A stretch of DNA of 64,000 nt from assembly GCF_002113885.1 (NCBI RefSeq), contig NW_018408899.1, forward strand, positions 2,118,278 to 2,182,277. The letters run 5' to 3'. A program made the translations under genes and the position numbers. The notes beneath the pieces were generated by a model, which was given only the letters and a program-made list of their open reading frames with translations, had not been told where the DNA came from and did not search any database. The stretch is from Mizuhopecten yessoensis (lineage: Eukaryota). Below, piece by piece: positions 34,401-56,352 of the stretch (its first letter is position 1; every line of letters begins with the position of its first letter).

Positions 34401-36821
34401 TTCACACACATATATAATATACATATGTCAAGTGCTAGTAGGTGATTGCTTCAAACTTGTTTTTGAATCGGTTCTGTCTCAAATTTGTAGAGTAGATCTT
34501 TTGGAGGATCTTAATTTTTCTAAGGTAAGAAACATTTAGTTTATGAACGTCTAAGAAACTGGGCCTGAAACGTTCAGTATATACATATATGTTCAGTATA
34601 TATACAGATGTGTGATTTCAGATACTGTGGTGTATTTATGATAAGATACTGGGTACATCTATTTCAATTTTGGTTGATGTCATAACAAATAGAATTTTTA
34701 CAAAAGTGAATATACTGTGATATAATAACAGATGTCACACATGATATTTGACAGAAATAGTATGTAGCGGAACTGGACTGGGTTGATTGTCAGCAATCGA
34801 TCAACGAGTACAGCGTCCATCTCGAGGTCAGAGGGTTCCGGGTTCAAACCAGGTCTGGCTGTGCATTTCTTTCTCCTGTAACAAAATTGGCGAGCTTGCC
34901 AACCGTTGTTTCAAGCAGTTGGTAAATGCTTGACAAAAGAATACCCAAATCTGGGTTGTAAATATTGTTATCTTTGAAGGGGAAGGCTTATAAAAAAAGG
35001 AGGGAGGAATGTATCGGAACTGAACTGGGTCGATCGTAGGTGACCAGATAGCTCAATTGGCAGAGCATCTGTCTAGATTTTGGAGGGTCCTTAGTTCGAA
35101 TCCCAGTCTGGCCATGCATTTATTTATTTCCTGATACAAATATATACTTACCCTGATCTAGACCTAAAGGTCACTTTATCCATCTCAGCACTGAGATCCA
35201 GGCATATAATCTATGAAAAAATGTAAACATCATCTGAATGTTGTGGATTATGGGAAAGATAAAACAATTTCATATAATAATATACTTAGAGATGACCATG
35301 CTGTGTACACAAGTTTGCCATTGTTCAAACAATCATCTGATTTGGAGGTTGGGGGCAGGGGAAGTAATACAGATGAAATCTTTGGCCACCTATAGCTACA
35401 GCAGTGTCATCCAAACACTTGAGTTTACACAATCATCTCATCACCCAAACAGATAAAATCCCAGGTAATCTGCAGCAGTTATATAATTAATACCCATTAT
35501 TTCATCCACATGCTCTTGAAACAACAGTCCCTGTGGTTATCTGTTATTTTATTCGTGACCGTATTAGACTTAAAAAAGTATCACAAAATATCAGTGATTG
35601 TATTTGCAAGTTCAAAAACTATTATCTTTTTACCATACTGTACTTATCATTCAAAATTGTAATATTGGTTTCAGCTCAACTTCTCTGAGTATAACATTGT
35701 TTCTTCTCATTGAAGTAGTAGTTATGGTACAATTATTTTACGAGATGGCATTATTTTATTGGCACATATATGGATCCAGCCCAGAGTTGATTGAAGGTAT
35801 TTTCATAAGGCTGAATAAGTGTCACCCTAGAAAAATACTAGCCACTTCCTACCGACTCGGCTAGGGAGAATTTCTCTTTACGTTAGAGTGCAAGACTAGT
35901 AAACCAGAGGCCCAAGGTTTGACTACTGACGGAGGCATTGAAAAAAATAATGACCTCGAGCTCTGTTACATTGGCGCACACGTAGGGACCAGGGAGATTT
36001 GACAAAAATACATAGCGATACTTGCAAAGGAATCGCTATGACCCCTGGAAAACTCGGGACACGTTTTTTCCTGGAGGGGGGAGTATGTCACCCTGGCAAA
36101 ATACTAGCCGCTTCCTGCCAACCCGGCTAGGGAGAATTTCTCTTTAGCTCATTCGGTAGAGCATAAGACTAGTAAACCAGAGGTCCCAGGTTCAACACCT
36201 GGTGGAGTCATTGAAAAAATGACCTCTGTTACATATCTATATGCTTATTATTGTTAACTAATTGCTTGACAGCAAGGATTTAATCATTTTATTTGTTAAA
36301 GTTCACATACATGATATAGTTACCTTGGAGTCAAAATGTACAGCTGTAATAGCCAAAGCTGTACACGCCACGGGGTATTTTTGACATTGAATTGGTATGA
36401 AGATAAGTTAATACAGATTGGGAGGGTAATTTTGTAGTTGATTTGTGATAAATAGCCATCTCGTATCTTATCTTCAAAACAATGTCAACAAGGCCCTGTA
36501 AGATTTTATTTCGATTTATAGAACTCTTACAATTTTCTCTTGACAGTTGACTCTGGGACATGTAAGTTCAAGTAAATCATCCTGGCTTGAATCCGAGTCC
36601 TTGTTATCTTGGTTGGTCTGTAGGTCTAGTTGATGATGCTGTTCAGGTGGTGATTCTGAGTTACTTCCCTTGTGTTGTGCTCTGGCCGTAGATGCAAACA
36701 GGGCATCGTTTTGGATGTCGTCTGCTAAAAGAGGGTTTTCCGTTATATCATATTCTTGAAATGTCAATCTCGATGAAGTATCAGTGTTTTCAGGAGGGCT
36801 TCCTGTCTCCATTGTGGACAT
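25460..36821 (-). CDS. BABAM1: BRISC and BRCA1-A complex member 1 (MERIT40/NBA1), 323 aa; exons 36821-36531, 35210-35152, 33909-33789, 33266-33160, 28882-28759, 27614-27528, 25642-25460
   Basis: Spliced product contains PRVNCQEKI|IICLDLSAEM, PPPYIVRTLLL, SPYFFVDALYVH and MAQLLAHPLQRPLQ, all matching MERIT40. All introns are GT-AG and phases are consistent (972 nt). Confidence 0.95.
26717..26877. repeat. Foldback (long imperfect inverted repeat) element remnant
   Basis: CCCCTTCCTTGAGGGT-GTAACAGAGACATCTCCAAC ... GTTGGCGATTTCTCTGTTGAACCCTCAAGGAAGGGG. Confidence 0.6.
26883..27530. repeat. ~55-61-bp minisatellite (~11 copies) beginning at the BABAM1 exon 6 donor
   Basis: Unit approximately GTCTACCCTGTCTCCATGATGGAGTTTTTACTTACCACATGATGGTGGGGCCTGTACT; on the minus strand each copy carries GTAAGT or GTAGGT. 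Confidence 0.9.
27696..27836. repeat. ~140-bp foldback/MITE-like palindrome
   Basis: AGAATAATACATGCCTTTTTCCATATCACACCCAGTATCAACCC ... GGGTTGATACTGGGTTTGATATGGAAAAAGGCATGTTTTATTCT, with a central GGGCCGAAGGCCC. Confidence 0.75.
28053..28568 (-). mobile_element. Non-autonomous Helentron-like (HINE) element
   Basis: ACAAGAGGCCCAGAGGGCC...CGCTCACCTG at one end; (GACG)n and CAGGTGAGCTAAAAA at the other. Confidence 0.8.
29241..30643 (-). mobile_element. 5'-truncated L2-clade non-LTR retrotransposon (partial RT ORF2; N-gap 29866-30246) in BABAM1 intron 4
   Basis: LKKPGMD..NYRPVSNLPFLSKILEKVV, QSAYR..HSTETALL, LDLSAAFD, LQRVQNTAAR..HITPAL..LHWLPV. Stop at 29458. 3' stem-loop TGTAAAGCGCCTTAGAG...GGCGCT and an (ATT)n tail. 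Confidence 0.9.
30896..30985 (-). mobile_element. piggyBac-type MITE copy (degenerate)
   Basis: Reverse-orientation match to 18718-18808. Confidence 0.7.
32014..32541 (-). mobile_element. Non-autonomous Helentron-like (HINE) element
   Basis: AAGAGGCCCAATGGGCC...CGCTCACCTG end, GACG/GACA microsatellite, CAGGTGAGCTAA end; same family as 52881-54973. Confidence 0.8.
34763..35138 (+). mobile_element. Miniature non-autonomous LTR element with tRNA-derived LTRs
   Basis: LTR1 34763-34883 and LTR2 35010-35138 (TGT...ACA), PBS-like TGGCG after LTR1, PPT AAAAAAAGGAGGGAGGAA before LTR2, A/B boxes in the LTRs, flanks AGTA/AATA. Confidence 0.75.
35820..36233 (+). mobile_element. Miniature non-autonomous LTR element with tRNA-derived LTRs
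   Basis: LTR1 35820-35970 and LTR2 36086-36233 (TGTCACC...TGTTACA), PBS TGGCGCACACGTAGGGAC (tRNA-Lys-like), PPT GGAGGGGGGAG; LTR2 contains TAGCTCATTCGGTAGAGCA...GGTTCAACACC. Confidence 0.8.
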
Positions 36822-37582
36822 TGCACGTATCAGTCACCCACAAGACACCTTTCGATACTGTCTCACTTCACTCTTCTTCCTCCATCGTTTTTCCTGTTGT
36901 ACTCTCTAAACCAGTAATTACATTATGTAAATTACGAAAGGATTGTGTAAATAAGAAAAATAGTAACCTTTATAGATAAAGATAGATTTTATATAAACTA
37001 AATGATGTTCTTTCTTCGTTATTTCCAGACGGTAATATAGGCATGGAATAAGTATTTTTTGTTCGAGATTAATGACCGAGACAAGTGTCATGGCCGAAAT
37101 CCACTGATAGAAGACACTGTAGAGAAAAAGAAGGAGTAAATAGAGGTTATTTGGAGACATTATTTAATATAACCTCCGTTTCTTGTATAACAATATAGTA
37201 TTCCAAATCCAATCACTTTTAATATATTAACAGAAAAATGATGTTTAGTATACGCCTTCGTCTCGGGCACATTTGGAGTCTGGATCTAGTTTCATGCAGC
37301 CAATGCGTGTTATAAAAAGGTGTATTCTATGTTGTAAAATTTGAACAGTAAGTTAATTTGGTGTCGTATATGTTGTGGTATAGAAACGCGACAGTAGATA
37401 CATGTATTCAAATGTAATAATCTATACTAATAAGATCCATAAATGCATATGACAGACTCAAGCTCTTTAAAAGTTATAATTAAATCGACAAATATTACCT
37501 AAAAATGCTCTCCAACTGTCTAAATGGCCATTCAACTAATATTTGAGTTCATGGATGGTCAACTCGGTCTACAGCTCTATGG

Positions 37583-38810
37583 GGTGTCAGGTCGTATCGG
37601 TAGCAAGACGAAAGTCGTTTTGGGACTTTTTTCGGGTCGTTTCGGGACANATGCCGTTTAAACAATAATATACACATCAATTTCAAAATTATCAAGAGAT
37701 TTAAAGTTTTCATCCAAAGTGTCACATTCAGAAAACGATTGTTTGGTTTGATTAAACTTTAAACCAATGAAAATAAAGGTAGAGAAATTACAATATCTCA
37801 GTATTTCTTTGGTACGGTGTTTTAGCCCGGGTCCGGGAACGGCGTACAAGATTTACCTACCACCGGTGTAGCTGCCTTCGATTCAAACGTCAATTTGATC
37901 AAGACTGATTGCGATGGCTGACCAAGAAAGACAAGGCGGTGATTACATACAATCTATGACATTTTCGTAAATGGATTACTGTAGATATGCTTAGAAGCAA
38001 CTGTAGTTGTCCATTTGATTATGATCGATTTATAGGCGACTACACTTTTGTAAAGCAGCTGACGTTCAGCTGTAATATATTCAGCAGTAGATGACCGGTG
38101 TCAGGTCGTTTCGGGACTTTTTCCGGGTTGTTTAATTTCGGGACATGTCAAAAGTCGTTTCGGGATTTTTCATTTATTTAAACAATCGATTGGATAAAAG
38201 TTATTACAACTTGTCATAGCCTTCTACTGTCATACATTTATTCATGATTTTAATAAAACATGAATAAATATAGATATAATATTCTCACTGACATAAATAC
38301 ACAACATAAAAACATATCGTTCAAAATATATAACTGGATTTGATAAATTGATTCACATGTCTAAAATAAAATAAAGTCTACGTGTTTCACGTTTTTACTT
38401 TCGTGAAATTTAATTTCTATATATATATAACAAAAAATAAAATGCTTAAAACATTGTTAGAGTCAATTAGATGTCAATAATGGAGAATATAGTGAATCGA
38501 AAACATATTACATGTATTACAATATCAAACAAGAAACCAACCTATCATGAACGAAAGAAATTGAATGTTGAATTTCATAAGTTCCTCTAGATCTGTATTT
38601 AGTAATGAGATTAGTTTCACCAGGTTTACAACACACTGTCAATCGGGTAAATGTTGGCAGGTATCCCCTCAAGCATTAGCAATCTGGTAACACTAATGAT
38701 CGCAAGTACCGGTAAGTCATGACACAGGTCATAGACTAAAACCATACTTGTTTATTAACAGGACTTTATATGAAATGAGAGCGAAATGTTACCGAAACGA
38801 CCTGTTACGA
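37583..38810. mobile_element. Unclassified TIR-element remnants with GTCGTTTCGG subterminal repeats
   Basis: GGTGTCAGGTCGTATCGGTA (37583), GGTGTCAGGTCGTTTCGG (~38097) and the inverted TACCGAAACGACCTGTTAC (~38790). Confidence 0.4.
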
Positions 38811-38944
38811 CTAGCATTCCTCTATCAATGTTGGCTTAGTTTTCTGATTCATGTAATTTTCTCATAATAAAAACTAGAGAAAAGGACTTATCTTTTTAAT
38901 ATCGTTTAAACTGATATTTTAATTATGGCAGATTTTAATTTTAC

Positions 38945-39320
38945 ATAGGATTATGGTTGCGTTCTAGCTTCGGAGGTGGGAAGAATTTCTCTTTAGCTCA
39001 GTGGTGAAGTGTCCGACTAGGAAGTCTGGGGTAGCGGGTTTGATCCCCAGCGGAGGCATACTACTCTCTCCTATTACAAATGGTGTCTGTGGCCCTCCCT
39101 GTGGTGACGAGGAGTTAGAACCTTGGTTGTTAACATGCTCTAGGGGAAACACATTTTAAAAGAGGGGAGTAGTGTGGAATATATATATGGTCGCCTTCTA
39201 ACTTCGCTAGAGGGAATTTCCCTTTAGGTCATATCAGTGGTAGAGCTTCTGACTAGGAAATCTGGGATCGTGGGTTTGATCCCCGGTAGCTAGAAGCACA
39301 CTACTTTCTTTCCTGTTACA
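38945..39320 (+). mobile_element. Miniature non-autonomous LTR element with tRNA-derived LTRs (older copy)
   Basis: LTR1 ends CTATTACA at 39078, PBS-like TGGTG at 39081, PPT AAAAGAGGGGAG, LTR2 39173-39320; A/B boxes in both LTRs. Confidence 0.7.
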
Positions 39321-40168
39321 TAATATGATTGTATTGATTATACAGAGTGCAGTTGTTGGATATCGCCTTACCAGGTATATAATATAACAGAAATATTTCA
39401 TGAGCTGTCCTGTGTACATGTGTAAGGACAAGTAAGTTGTAACCAGTAAAAGAGTATAATGTAAAAGAGAGGTAATAAACTCTTACAGAGAAAATCTATG
39501 TCACATAATGTGGGCTTAAATTGAACAGGAAGAACCAATCTCTTGAATTAGCGAACTACAAGTAAATCCTTAAAAGCAAACACTTTGTCAATATATACAA
39601 CAACAATGCTTTTACTGGTTACCAGCCAACCAAAAGGCTTCTTTCCATTCTCACCTTTGAGGAGAAAAGATGGCTGGTCAAGAGGATTTCTATCCTTAGT
39701 TGTGCATGTTGAAACCATAAGGACTTGTCTTATTGCAATGGATGACTACCAGGTGGCCACTTTGACAGTTTACATTGCTCTTTCTCAGTGTTCCTATGTT
39801 TCTCTTTGTTCTTAGTTTTGTTGATTTCATTTTTAGATTGATCAAGAGAAAAAAAGATCGCCACCAGGTAGATACCGGTATTTCAAGTTTGAGCAATGAA
39901 GTTTGTTATCAGTGTTTCTAAGTTTCAGAGAGTTAGGTTTACCTCAAATTTCACAAGTAGTTTCTTCCTGTTCCCTGATTTTTGGTATTTCATTTTTTAG
40001 CTTGATTAGAAATAAAAGATGGATTCCAGAAATGTTGTGTTACACCTTTATTACAAAAAGGGTTTCCCAGTTTTTGAGGTCCCTGCACAGGAATAAAATC
40101 ATTTACTTCAAATCGATCATATTTATTTTCCTTTTACAGGTACAGGAGATTTGCTCATGTAGGACTGA

Positions 40169-49721
<9,553 letters not shown>

Positions 49722-50406
49722 GGATATTTCTTGTGTGTGATGTTGATGCTTCATTCAAGAAACTTCTAATCATGCTTTTTAGATAAATATTCATCCAAGA
49801 TGCCTGTTTCTATGAAATAATGTTTTGGAAGAACAGTCTTTCCATTGTTACTATGACAGCAGGGCTGTTGTATTATGTAAGATTTTTTTTTAATTTTTTT
49901 TTTTATGTGAAAAGTACATTTATCTGACAAATATTCCACATGCATGATTGGTTTGTAAGTGAGTGATTCAGGGTTATACAATGGTAATGTTGTTGTGCAA
50001 TTAACTTGCAAAAGAGTTTAATACAACAGTGTTTTAGTAAAGAAAAATAAATGAAATACGATAGAATGTATATATTTTAGTGGGTTCATTAGATTTTCAT
50101 AAAGACTAAGTATCAGATGAATTCAGATTTTAGTAATCTGTACACTGCTAAATACAACTAATTTTGGTATTAAAGAACTTATGTAATTTCAGGTTAAAAT
50201 TAAAAACATACAAGCTGGAAAAGTGTATTCAGCTATTGTTGGTTTCAGTCATCTGAAACTTTCTCATTCAATTAAATTTGAGATTTTGAGTCCACTGTTT
50301 CAAGATTTACAAATTTGAAGACATTTCATTAAGTCCTATCTTAAAATTGGACCTTTTAGAGTGTCTCTGAAAAAAAGGAATATTTATGTAAGTGTAAGGT
50401 AGCTTA

Positions 50407-51580
50407 CACCCTTGACTTCTGATAAACACTGGGTGGATACTAAAGTTTGTCATAGTAACATAGCATACACCCTTAACTTCTGATAAACACGGGGTGGATA
50501 CTAAAGTTTGTCACAGTAACATAGCATACACCCTTAACTTCCGATAAACACTGGGTAGATACTGAAGTTTGGCACAGTAACATAGCATACAACCTTAACT
50601 TCTGATAAACACTGGGTGGATTCTAAAGTTTGTCACAGTAACATAGCATACACCCTTAACTTCTGATAAACACGGGGTGGATACTAAAGTTTGTCACAGT
50701 AACATAGCATACACCCTTAACTTCCGATAAACACTGGGTAGATACTGAAGTTTGTGATAGTAACATAGCATACACCCTTAACTTCTGATAAACACGGGGT
50801 GGATACTAAAGTTTGTCACAGTAACATAGCATACACCCTTAACTTCCGATAAACACTGGGTAGATACTGAAGTTTGTCATAGGAACATAGCATACACCCT
50901 TAACTTCTGATAAGCACTGGGTGGATTCTAAAGTTTGTCACAGTAACATAGCATACACCCTTAACTTCCGATAAACACTGGGTAGATACTGAAGTTTGGC
51001 ACAGTAACATAGCATACAACCTTAACTTCTGATAAACACTGGGGGGATACTAAAGTTTGTCATAGTAACATAGCATACGCCCTTAACTTCTGATAAACAC
51101 TGGGTGGATTCTAAAGTTTGTCACAGTAACATAGCATACACCCTTAACTTCTGATAAGCACTGGGTGGATTCTAAAGTTTGTCACAGTAACATAGCATAC
51201 ACCCTTAACTTCTGATAAACACTGGGTGTATACTAAAGTTTGTCACAGTAACATAGCATACACCCTTAACTTCTGATAAGCACTGGGTGGATTCTAAAGT
51301 TTGTCACAGTAACATAGCATACACCCTTAACTTCTGATAAGCACTGGGTGGATTCTAAAGTTTGTCACAGTAACATAGCATACACCCTTAACTTCCGATA
51401 AACACTGGGTAGATACTGAAGTTTGTGATAGTAACATAGCATACACCCTTAACTTCTGATAAACACGGGGTGGATACTAAAGTTTGTCACAGTAACATAG
51501 CATACACCCTTAACTTCTGATAAACACTGGGTGGATACTGAAGTTTGTCACAGTAACATAGCATTCACCCTTAACTTCTG
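50407..51580. repeat. 61-bp minisatellite (~19 copies) downstream of the TMEM259 stop
   Basis: Unit CACCCTTAACTTCTGATAAACACTGGGTGGATACTAAAGTTTGTCACAGTAACATAGCATA. Confidence 0.95.
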
Positions 51581-51620
51581 GTGAAATGAAATGAAATGAA
51601 ATGAAATAAACTTTTGGTAA

Positions 51621-51879
51621 GGGCTGTTCCAGAATTACCCTACTGTAAATTTGCGCGTATAGTGCATACTTTTTTAGGTAAATATTGTCATGTCAAAAAG
51701 GGAAAACATATGTTGATCGGCGAGTCTCTGTCCCACTGCACTTTTTCAGAGACCCCACCACCGACAAAATCTTTAGAAGTGATTTAAAGGAATGGTAGGC
51801 AGATCTGATTTTAACCCCACCACCTCATAACGTATTAATACAGTTAAAATAAATAATGCAATAAATTATGGAACAGCCC
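51621..51879. mobile_element. PIF/Harbinger-like MITE
   Basis: TIR GGGCTGTTCCA / TGGAACAGCCC flanked by TAA / TAG. Confidence 0.55.
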
Positions 51880-52880
51880 TAGAGTGTCAATATTGAAGTT
51901 TGTCAAATTTAATTTATCATATCTCATTAACTGATAAACACTTTTCGGGTACTGAAGTTTACCTCGGTTCAAGATTCATGGTCCAGTATTTTTTTTGCCA
52001 GGAATCCTGGTCTAATTTCTTGGTCTAGTATTCGTTGGCCTGAAGTCTTAGTCTGAATTTAACAAAGCAACTTGGTTTTAATGTGTTTTTTTTTTTACAG
52101 CTTCAGCTTTCATATAGTGTAGCCCATTTTAAAAGTGCTGCTAATCCTATGGAAATCTATGGAAAGAAGTCATAGTTTATGTCAAGAAACCAGAATTATA
52201 ATCAAGATTATTTATTTGCTCTTATTAACATTCCTTCTTGTATTGCACATATTTTGAAATAAGGAGTCTCAATTGCTGCATGGGTCTCCAAAGTTGCTTT
52301 GAATGGTTTTGGATGGTTTATTTTTTCCGAAAATATTAATTTACAAATTTGTCTCCTGAAAATTTGAAAATTGTTGTTCAAAGGATCAGTTGTTGTGTAA
52401 GAGAGTAGCTCCTCATGCTATGCAGGTTTAGAGTCTGTTACCGGTAAGTGTTCATAAATGTGATTTAAGTGCTGGAGATATTTTTGTATAATTTGTTATG
52501 CATATTGATGCGTGAGGATGCGTGTGTATGTGTAAAAGTGAAAATGTAAATATTGACTGTTTACTATAATTTATAAACAGATACCTAAATCTGATGTAGT
52601 CAGACATACTGTGTGGAATTTTCAGATTCTGTGAAGGCCAAAAAAAAAAGTGAAGAAATGTGATGTTTTGTTATCTTTTCTTAAGGAATTACCATAAAGA
52701 AAGGGTGGGAGGTTACTGATCTGAAAACGGGTGCCGCAGCAACTGCAACGATTTGAACATTTTGTAAAATATAGCTGATTAAGGACCCCTGTCCCACTGC
52801 ATTTTTGTTTGCAAAATATAGCTAATTAAGGATCCCTGTCCCACTACATTGTTGTTTTTCATTTGTACCGTAGCCATCCG

Positions 52881-54973
52881 TTTATTAGCTCACCTGGCCT
52901 GAAGGGCCAAGTGAGCTTATGTCGTGGTGCATCATCTGGCGTCATTATTTTACTTTAAACAACTTCTTCTTAATAACCAAAAGGCATAGGGTGATGATAT
53001 TTGGCCAGAAGCAAACTGGGATGAAGGGCTACCAAGTTTGTTCATACAAATGACCTTCACCGATATTCAAGGTCACAGGGGTCAAATATGTTAAAACCTT
53101 TAAACAACTTCTGATGAATAACCAAAAGACACAGGATGTTTATTTTTGGCCAGTAGCATGCTAGGATGAAGGGCTACCAAGTTTGTTCAAATGAATGATC
53201 AAATATGTTCAAAATCTTTAAACAACTTCTTCAAATATGTTCAAAATCTTTAAACCAAAATAAGCAGGATGCTGATATTTGGCTGGTAACATGATGGGAT
53301 GAAGGGTAACCAAGTTTGTTCAAATGAATGACCTTGATACTTATTCAAGGTCACAGGGATCAAATATGTTCAAAATCTTTAAACAACTTCTACTTAATAA
53401 CCAAAAGACCAAGGACGTTGCCAGTAGCACGCTAGGATAAAAGGCTACCAAGTTTGTTCAAATGAATGACCTTGAATTATATGCAAGGTCACAGGGGTCA
53501 AATATGTTAAAATCTTTAAAAGTCTTCTGAATAAACATAAGGCCTAGAATGTTGATATTTAACCAGTAGCATGCTGGGTACCAAGTTTGTTAAAGTAATT
53601 GACCTTGATCCATGTTCAAGGTCATATTTGGTCAAATATGTATAAACATTGAAATGACCTAATTTCAATAAACAAAAGGATAGGGTGGTGATATTTTGCA
53701 AGTTGCATCCTGAGATGAAGGGCTTTAAAAATTGTTCAACATAAAGACCTTGTTTGACTTTCAAGGTCACAGGGGTGAAATGTTTTTAAATCTTTTAACA
53801 GGTTCTTTTGAATGAATTTTTAGGTCACCTGAGCTTTAGCTCGAGTGACCTATTGCTATCCGTCTTCGTCCGTCGTCCTCCGTCGTCTGTTAACATTTTA
53901 CATTTCAAACTTAAAGTCAAGTTCTGCTGGGCCGATTGAACTGAAAGTTGGTAGGAATGATCGACTCATGGTCCTGATAAAGTGTTGTTATTTTTCGGGT
54001 CGATCAGAAATCCAATATGGCCGCCACGGCCGCCATTTTGAAAAACTATTTCAAACTTAAAGTAAAGTTCTACTTGGCCGATTGAACTGAAACTTTGTAG
54101 GAATGATCGACTCATGGTCCTGACAAAGTGTTGTTATTTTTTCTGGTCGATCAGAAACACAATATGGCCACCACGGCCGCCATTTTGAAAATACCTATTT
54201 CAAACTTAAAGTCAAGTTCTGCTAGGTTGATTGAACTGAAAGTTGGTAGGAATGATCAGCTTATGATCCTGACAAAGTGTTGTTATTTTTTCTGGTCGAT
54301 CAGAAATACAATATGGCCACCACGGCCGCCATTTTGAAAATACCTATTTCAAACTTAAAGTCAAGTTCTGCTGGGGCGATTGAACTGAAACTTTGTAGGA
54401 ATGATCGACTCATGGTCCTGACAAAGTGTTGTTATTTTTCAGGTCAATCAGAAATCCAATATGGCCGCCGTGGTCGCCATTTTGAAAAACTATTTCAAAC
54501 TTAAAGTCAAGTTTGACTGGGCCGATTGAACTGAAACTTTGTAGGAATGATCGACACATGGTCCTGACAAAGTGTTGCTATTTTTCGGGTCGATCAGAAA
54601 TCCAATATGGCCGCCACGGCCGCCATTTTGAAAAACTATTTCAAACTTAAAGTAAAGTTCTACTTGGCCGATTGAACTGAAACTTTGTAGGAATGATCGA
54701 ATCATTGGTCCTGACAAAGTGTTGTTATTTTTCGGGTCAATCAAAAATACAATTTGGCTGCCATTATACTTAACTATTTTTTACTCAAATTGGTACATAT
54801 TTCAACAACAAAAATAAATACTGTAGGACTCAGGTGACCGTTAAGGCCCATGGGCCTCTTGTTTAATAACAAATACTGATATTTTTGCCTGTAACTTTAT
54901 TTTAGATCACTTTTAAGGTTACAAGTGTGAGATTTACACCAGGTGAGCGATGCAGGCCCATTTGGCCTCTTGT
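52881..54973 (+). mobile_element. Helentron-like (HINE) element interrupted by a second nested HINE (53817-54862)
   Basis: Outer element: 5' TTATTAGCTCACCTGG, 3' CAGGTGAGCGATGCAGGCCCATTTGGCCTCTTGT. Inner element: TTTTTAGGTCACCTGAG...CTCAGGTGACCGTTAAGGCCCATGGGCCTCTTGT with ~6 repeats of ~146-149 bp. Confidence 0.8.
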
Positions 54974-55019
54974 TTTTGTTTTGGATATAATTATAGGACA
55001 TTTTGGCCAAGATACTTCC

Positions 55020-55103
55020 ATTGACCAGGTAGCTCATTTGGTTAATAATAATGATATGCAGACTAGGGTTCGAATCCCAGTCTAGCCGCGATGAACTTTT
55101 ACA
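55020..55103 (+). mobile_element. Degenerate solo tRNA-derived LTR or SINE head
   Basis: TTGACCAGGTAGCTCATTTGG...GGGTTCGAATCCCAGTCT...TTTTACA; resembles 19133-19220. Confidence 0.5.
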
Positions 55104-56352
55104 CTCAGAACACAATTGTTGATTATATCTTTCTGAATTTTAATAAATGTCCTGCAAGGTATAGTTTTCTTTTGAAATTATTTATCAAAGCTATAGTTCA
55201 TGCCGGAAGTTTCCAAAGCATAGGTGCAGTTTTTGGCAGTCAACTTCAGGTACAGGAACCTTGAATACTCCATTTTCCACTATATTCTATAACATCTAGA
55301 TCAACCTACCAACTTGTCCTGTAGTACACCTGTATTATCATTGTGATGTTTTGCCTTCCACCCCTCCAAAAGCTTGACTTATTTCGTTCCCTTGTCGTAG
55401 AGAATAGGATCTCGTGCCCTTCTGTATTAGGACAATTATTTCTTGGTAAGACCGACAGCAACAATCAAACATTACTTTTGCTCCCATAGATATGATTTTC
55501 CATCATGTGCTTGCTTACAGCTAATTTATTGTGTCACCAACTAATTTATCTACATTGTATTTCAGTGACAAAGAATTTCATACATTTATAAATTTTCTGG
55601 ATTAAATTTGGAAATGGTATTTTTTTTTTGTTATCTTTAAAAAAACATTGATTAGCAGAATTAGAAGACATTTATACTCTAAAACTAAAAGTTTTACATT
55701 CTTTTACATTAAAGAATTAGCTTATATGATTATCATTCCTATTTAGTGTTAGACACAAAAACAGAAAAAAACCATAGCTGAAATAACTTGCCGAAATTTT
55801 ACATTGAAAAATAGACAAACTGATTAATCAACATCAACAAACAGACCCAACTATTTATTCAAATAAATGACCTTACCAATATTCAAGGTCAGAGGGATCA
55901 AATGTGATATAGAAACCTTTAAATGACTTCAAAGTATGATTATTTAGGTTGTCGCACCACAAATGACAGACAAAAAGCAATTGCAATAGATCACCCAATC
56001 GACGTTAAAAAGTCAATGATGTGGGTCATTGCTGGTTCCTTCATTTTCTAAACATAAATGCAGAATACCGATTCACCTGCAGTTATGAACGTTTGTCTCT
56101 TTTAGGAAGATTGTAAGATTTATTTCCCTTGGTATAGAACAGCAAAGAACATATTAACATTGTTAATGCGGAACATCCGTTTTTAAATGCAACATTTTCA
56201 GGTATAAAAACTGGTAAACCTGCAAAAGTTTTCACAGACCTTGCAAGACCGTGAAAGTAGCGTTAAATCACTGGGTCCGACCTTATATCAAAAACGAACA
56301 ACACAGGTCCAACCACTTCAACCGTTTGGGTCGCGATAAACGAAAATGGCCC

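Larger units (their letters stand above)
36900..40139. promoter_or_regulatory. Inferred divergent promoter / 5'UTR region shared by BABAM1 and TMEM259
   Basis: Head-to-head start codons at 36821 (-) and 40178 (+). The TMEM259 first coding exon has an acceptor at 40139, so a non-coding exon lies upstream (candidate donors at 38711 and 39432). Confidence 0.45.

Noticed and set aside
36331-36561. 76-aa minus-strand ORF suggesting a frameshifted gene
   Set aside because: It lies mostly in BABAM1 intron 1; the real exon ends at the GTAAGA donor at 36530.
34763-39320. Genuine tRNA genes
   Set aside because: A and B boxes are present, but acceptor and anticodon stems are broken and the sequences sit inside LTR pairs.
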